Shown here one piece after another: positions 58,434-64,000 of a stretch of DNA of 64,000 bases; positions within the stretch are counted from its first letter, which is position 1, and every line of letters starts with the position of its first letter. The notes under the pieces were generated by a model. The model was given only the letters and a program-made list of their open reading frames with translations. It had not been told where the DNA came from and made no database searches. The translations under genes were made by a program, and so were the position numbers. This stretch comes from the human T2T-CHM13v2.0 reference genome, Homo sapiens. The stretch lies in the NCBI RefSeq assembly GCF_009914755.1, contig NC_060936.1. One strand, written 5' to 3'.

Positions 58434-60799
58434 GTGGGTTCGAGATGAATACAATCATCTATATTTTAGTAAGCACTCAGGTCACCATCACATCTGGTTT
58501 GTTGAACTCAGTTTGTAAAACCTCATTTTGAACTTCATCTACAAGGTATCAGTGACCGTAAGCTAATTTTTTACTTTCTCGGTGCCTTTGTCTCCTAGGT
58601 CTCAAAACGGTGTGGTTCTTTTAAGATAAATTGAGATGACAACTCCTGGCACAAAGCACATTTTTTATAGTAAGTTAGTTTGGTTTTGTTGCTTTTGGTG
58701 GTAGATATTACTGCAAAAAATTAGTTGACAGTGGCTACTAATACCATCTTATATTTCAGTCAGAGTGAAAGATATTGCCTAATATGCAAAAGGTATTTCA
58801 AAGTGAAAAGACATCTTATTGAATGTGAATCCTTTTTTTTCAATCTAATTGTTCCAGGAATTACGATACATTCTCCTCCAATGCATGTTTCCAAAATACC
58901 AATGAGCTCATTTGTAATTGGCAAACAGGAATTTTGTACTAGTATAATGCAGAAGTTGTGTAGCTTTATATACAATTTATTCTAGGCAAAGGGAAGCAGA
59001 ATAGTCAGCGTAGAATTATAACCTTGGGTGGGCAAAGAAGCCCTCAGTTTGAATGTTGTATAGTCAGCAGGAGCCCTTTTGGCTCAGTTTTAAGAAAACT
59101 AAAAACAAAAACAAAAATGAATGCCTGCATCTGGGGCTTCCTCTTCAAAGGGGCATGCCCCTGGCCTTGTGCAGCTCTTAAATATTTGCAGTTGCCCTGA
59201 CCCTGTACCCATTTCAATGGCAAGCCTACTGGCTTGGAGTTTGCCTTCCAACCGGATTTCTTCCACCAATTCTGGTTAAAGTGTTGCCAGCATTTATACC
59301 CAATTATTTTTTTATGTAATTCTGAGTCACTTCCTTGAGTGGTCCAAATTATTTTCTGAGGTGCCAATATTATTTTTGCTAGCAATATACTCCCAAAGTT
59401 GCATATGTTTTGAGTGAACTTCCTAGAATCAATTTTTCCCACAAGTTCTATTATTTAGGTGCTGTTTTGTTTTGCATTGTGAGGATTACAAGTTGCATAT
59501 GTCTTATTATGAACTAAACCTCATTTTACGAACATGAACCTCTCCAACTCTGTATTACCTTATAGTTTCTGAAAGTTATAATGTGTTGAATGGTTTGCAA
59601 ATTGCAAAATAACTTACTTCCTCAGAGAGATTATTTCATTTCTTTGATACCACTAGTGTTGTATTTGTTTTGTATTACCCCGCTGTGTAAAGCCCACTTG
59701 GGTTACTATTTTTAAAGCCTGCAAGACTTCTAACTTACATTTCCTGTCTTCTATGCTGCATCAGCAGAACATATACTTTTAGTTATTGGCTCTTTCATCT
59801 ATAAATTACTGCTTCTTAGATAAAAGTACGTAGTGATTTAAAGACCTGGAAACAGTAGGCCAAAGATGACCATTTCTTCACTAAAGAAAGACATTTTCTA
59901 TAAAAAATGGTTACGATTTAATAATTTCCATGATTCATTGTGTCTATACTAAGTGTCCACCACTCATTTTTCTAAGACCTTTGGTTGCATTATTACTAAT
60001 TTTTATATTTGGTGTATATAATTGCTCTCTGTATCCATTTTCTGAGTGCAATCAGTTTCAGAACAATAATGCATGGTACATTAGATGTTTTCTTAAAAGT
60101 TTACCCCTTGTTTATTTAAAGTTCCTGACATGCTTTAACCAGAAATAGAACATGCTATGATTATATTAAAATAATTCTATGGATGGAAGCATCATCATTC
60201 ATTCTCACTGAGTATCTGTTTGGACAGTTTTTAGAAGCTTGGGATTTTAAGTTGGACTTCATAAGCTTGAATAACAGTGTTATTTTCAACCATTTTAAAA
60301 GACAGGTTTACAAACTAAAATCATACATTCTTTCCCCCTTTCTAGCTTCATCATTTTAGTCAATTTTTTCAGTGTCTCCAAGTCATAGCTGTTCTTTCTA
60401 TAAAGTGAAGAAAATAAATATGCCTATACTTTGAGTCATTCCAATGATTAAATGTGATAATGCATAAAATGCTTAGCTCCATAACTGCTTTGTAATACAT
60501 TCCACATAAGTGTTAGCTTTGAATGTTTTTATAATCATGACTTATTAAATTTGGGAACAATGATTACTACATATTTAGTGCCCTGCTTCCTGTGTTTACT
60601 CTATTTTCATAACCTAGGCAGCTATGGTCCGATGAATGATTTAACTGCTTTAGCTAGTTGCACTATTGCATGATTTTAGCCTGATTTCATGGGATGCAAC
60701 AGAATGAACATCGTGGCTCATGGCTGTCAGTAGTGAAAAATAGCTGGAAATCAGACAAACAACTTTATTGCTGAGATTGTTTCCGGGCTAAAAGTTCTT

Positions 60800-61168
60800 C
60801 CAACAGCTGTTTGTTTTGGCCATTAACATGTCCATTCTTTTTATTTTTTCTGAGCTGGGGGAAATACAATTTTCTTTAAAAAGAGAATGCAGGCTGGCTA
60901 TTTCTGAAATCAGGAAGAACCCCTGTCCTTCCACTGTTGTGGTCTTTTGGCTGCTCTGACAGTTGGACTGAAGGGCTTTTCCTTTTGATTTTTTCCTCTT
61001 TTTCACTCTCAAAGTTCAGACTCAGACTGCTTTAGTGAGAAAAAAAAATAAGCAAAACTAAGAGCTCTTTAATCCTAAGAAGGAGCTTTGTAGCAGTTAC
61101 CTTGAAGAAGAGTTTACTCCCCAAAGGAGTATTTAGTATTACTTAGACACTGAGTCACTGTACAGAGA

Positions 61169-61202
<34 letters not shown>

Positions 61203-61203
61203 C

Positions 61204-61236
<33 letters not shown>

Positions 61237-61461
61237 ATGAGAATGAATATGAATCCCAGCCAGCAAGAAAGAAAAGATACTTAACTAAAGATGCAGGGAA
61301 GTTTTGCCTCTTCCTGAAAATTATATTATTAGCTTTTTAAAAATCAGGATGACTGCTAGTTTTGTTTAAAGTATTTGTTCTGGAAATACTAAAGTTGGAG
61401 TCTACCAGACTGAGGTTAGAAGCATTTTCTTTGGCAGCAAGAAGATAATTTTATAGAAGCC
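60800..61461 (+). promoter_or_regulatory. NAV3: NAV3 proximal promoter / 5'UTR region (no CpG island; exact TSS not determinable)
   Basis: Repeat-free DNA directly upstream of the NAV3 ATG, with AP-1 TGAGTCA at 61151-61157, a (GA)n tract and short uORFs. Boundaries are approximate. Confidence 0.65.
61164..61236 (+). repeat. Interrupted (GA)n microsatellite in the NAV3 promoter/5'UTR
   Basis: ~73 bp of AG repeats with two GACA and one GAAA interruptions. Confidence 0.95.
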
Positions 61462-61704
61462 ATGCCTGTTCTTGGGGTTGCCTCAAAACTGAGGCAGCCA
61501 GCTGTTGGGTCAAAGCCTGTGCATACTGCTCTTCCGATACCAAATCTTGGCACTACTGGGTCACAGCACTGTTCTTCAAGACCTTTGGAACTTGCTGAAA
61601 CAGAGAGCTCCATGCTTTCTTGTCAGCTTGCGTTAAAATCAACCTGTGAATTTGGAGAGAAGAAACCCCTCCAAGGAAAAGCCAAGGAGAAAGAAGACAG
61701 CAAG
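61462..61704 (+). CDS. NAV3: Neuron navigator 3, first coding exon (aa 1-81); the gene continues beyond the window
   Basis: Translation MPVLGVASKLRQPAVGSKPVHTALPIPNLGTTGSQHCSSRPLELAETESSMLSCQLALKSTCEFGEKKPLQGKAKEKEDSK matches the human NAV3 N-terminus, which continues IYTDWANHYL into the CH domain. Kozak gaagccATGc. Phase-0 donor AAG|GTTAGT at 61704/61705. The ORF track's extra VSC* is intron read-through. Confidence 0.96.
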
Positions 61705-62461
61705 GTTAGTTGCTGAAGTTACCTGCAGACTTGTGTAGCTAAAATGCACATTTCTCTTTAAGTGCACTATAAAACATGTTATGAAATGGGGAGTAGTAGA
61801 GGAATACCAGTGTAAGGATGTAAGTAGTTATAATGGCTGAAAAGCTGAATATTTAGCTTATGTAAACACTGTATTCTTAGTTTAGAGTTGTAAAAGTCAT
61901 GATCAAAATTTTCTGAATATGCATCTATTGTAATCATTTAATACTACTTATTGATGAATGCCTAGTTAGTTCTAGATATTGCTCTATTACTAATAATCAT
62001 AATCAGTCACAAATGTGAGAAAAAGAGAACCTATTGTCATCCATACTGCAATGTATGAAAATAGGTACTTTCAAAAAGACATTTATTTGTAATAATTCAT
62101 ATAGACACCATCACTTTTCTCTAAATGTCATTTGCATTTCAAAGAATTTCTGTTTGAAAATTTGTATCATAGGCTGCTTAATTCATTGCAGTATGAAGGA
62201 AAATGACATACTATTTTCCTTGATACTGCACATTTATATGGACTTTCCCTTGTAAACTGAAACGCTACTCTTTTACTTATTACTGACATCTTTTTCAGTC
62301 ATTTAATTTATGATATTTTGTGAGTAGTTGCTCATAGCCCTTGGTTTCTAAAGCATACTACAACCGTTTTCTCCAGTCACGCATGCTAGAATGGCACTGA
62401 AGCTGCTGAACTTCATGCGGATTCATTTGTACCTTGATAAGCGTCACTTTTGTTTTGTGCA

Positions 62462-62822
62462 TTTTTACTTTTATTGGTACATATTAGGTGTATATATTTA
62501 TGGGTACATATTGGTGTATATATTTATGTGGTTCATGAGAGATTCTGATACAGGCATACAATGTGTAATAATCATATCAGGGTAAATGGAGTATCTGTTG
62601 CCTTAAGCATTTATCATGTCTTTGTGTTGCAAACATTATATATTCTTTTAGTTATTTAAAAATATAGAATAAGTTATTGTTGACAGTAATCATCCTATAG
62701 TGCTATCAAATACTAGATCTTATTCATTCTATCTAAATGTATTTTTGTACTCATTAACGATCCACACTCCCCCTACCCCTCGCCACTACCCTTTCCAGCC
62801 TCTGGTAACCATCATTCTACTC
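62462..62822 (-). mobile_element. L1MA 3'UTR fragment in NAV3 intron 1
   Basis: TGATACAGGCATACAATGTGTAATAATCATATCAGGGTAAATGG...CCAGCCTCTGGTAACCATCATTCTACTC. Confidence 0.85.
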
Positions 62823-63009
62823 AGCATCACTTTTTAATGCAGCATTAACTATGATGTCAAGCTTTCCAAAGTCACAGCCTCGTCTCTGGCTTCTTAGGAA
62901 ATATTTTCATTTTACTCTGCTATCCAAATGTTAGTTTAAAATAATTTAAGGAAAAAACCTTTATACAAAAATCAACTCTAGAAGTGAAAAAGAAAGCCAC
63001 TCCTTTTTC

Positions 63010-63345
63010 TACAATGCCCATCCCACCTTCACCTGTTCAGATCCTTTAAGCTTTATCCCAGATCCAACTTTATTCATAAAGTCTTTGCTAGCTATCCCTT
63101 CCCCACCATTCCTCCTTCCCAATTCTTTTTCTGTAGAAATGCTTGTGTATTTTAATTATCTGGATAATTTCTTTTAATTATCTGGATAATTTATTTGTAT
63201 CTCCACTAAGTTGAAAACATATAGAAGGCAGGTCTCGTATCTTATCCTGTGTTCCAGCTCTCTCCCTGTACAATGCTTTATGCATGATAAGAATTAAATA
63301 GTAGTTGGATGAATGAATACAGCAATTAATCAATGAATGAATAAA
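63010..63345 (+). mobile_element. L2 3' end
   Basis: TATCTCCACTAAG...GAAGGCAGG..., ending in the (TGAA)n tail typical of L2. Confidence 0.55.
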
Positions 63346-63397
63346 TAGTTATTCCGAGAAGGATTCAGTTACGTTTGTTCATCTTTTGGAATCATTT

Positions 63398-64000
63398 CGA
63401 AACAGGAAATGTTTCCTTGTCCCCCTCACAGGGCATGTGACAGCAGGAGTGGCTTACGTCTTCAATGCCCCGCTGCTGAAACCTCTAGAGGGATCATGCA
63501 GATGGGCAGGGTGTGGAGCTTCGACCCTACAGCAGCATCTAGGGTTGAGTATTTACAGCTCCTGAAGCTCCAGTGGGCGTGTGTTACAGTGTGTTCTTTT
63601 AGTTTTGCAGTATGAAGGTGGCTTGTGTTAATCAGCTCAGTTAGACCCTCTGCCTTATTGCAAGGGCAGAGGGCTTTCTGTATTCTGGGTTCTCGCCTTG
63701 GTTCCGGAAAAATCGAGTCACATGTGGGCTTGGAGGATGAGTGCAAGGTTCTTTTGAATGTTGGAAGTACCTCTCAGCAGATGGATGGGGAGCCATAAGG
63801 CGGAAAGGTGATTTTCCTCTGGAGTTGGGCCGCCCAGCAGCCAGACTCTCCTCTGACCTCCCTGGCTAGATTCCCCTCGGGTCCATGTCGTTCTGCAGTC
63901 GATGGCCTGCCGGTGTCTGCAGGTGCCTGTCAGTGTCCTCTTCTGCTGGTGTGTTCCTTTCGACGTCCAGCCGCTTATGTGTTCCTTTCGACGTCCAGCC
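63398..64000 (-). mobile_element. ERV1 LTR (LTR9/MER61-class), cut by the window end
   Basis: (T/C)GAAACAGGAAATGTTTCCTTGTCCCCCTCACAGGG...TTTACAGCTCCTGAAGCTCCAGTGGGCGTGTGTTACAG matches the reverse 3' end of LTR9-type LTRs. Confidence 0.75.

Noticed and set aside
59044-59442. 132-aa minus-strand ORF near the NAV3 promoter
   Set aside because: Non-ATG start, no recognisable domain, and a length expected by chance in 64 kb.

Overview
This is primate (very probably human) genomic DNA, AT-rich and repeat-dense. The only protein-coding sequence I can support is the first coding exon of NAV3 (neuron navigator 3): ATG at 61462, 81 codons, phase-0 donor AAG|GTTAGT after 61704. It is preceded by a CpG-poor promoter/5'UTR with AP-1 sites, a (GA)n tract and three short uORFs. 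The other ~61 kb is upstream/intronic DNA. It holds a full-length but dead L1PA7 (33143-39677, minus), truncated L1PA4 and L1PA8 copies, an old L1M, about 15 Alus, several solo LTRs (THE1C, MST, MLT1, MER4, MER67, LTR9-like), DNA transposons (near-complete Tigger1, MER44, MER2, MER30, MER5A) and an old, near full-length thymosin beta-4 (TMSB4X-like) processed pseudogene on the minus strand (~9597-10240). I found no convincing new multi-gene system. The most unusual items are a ~90-bp nested-palindrome insertion at the catalytic-Asp codon of the Tigger1 transposase, the TMSB4X retrocopy whose poly(A) tail creates a splice acceptor in the NAV3 sense direction, L1 antisense-promoter splice donors pointing at NAV3, and a repeat-poor 44-50 kb zone with candidate enhancers. 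Repeat subfamily calls come from remembered consensus sequences, not a RepeatMasker run.
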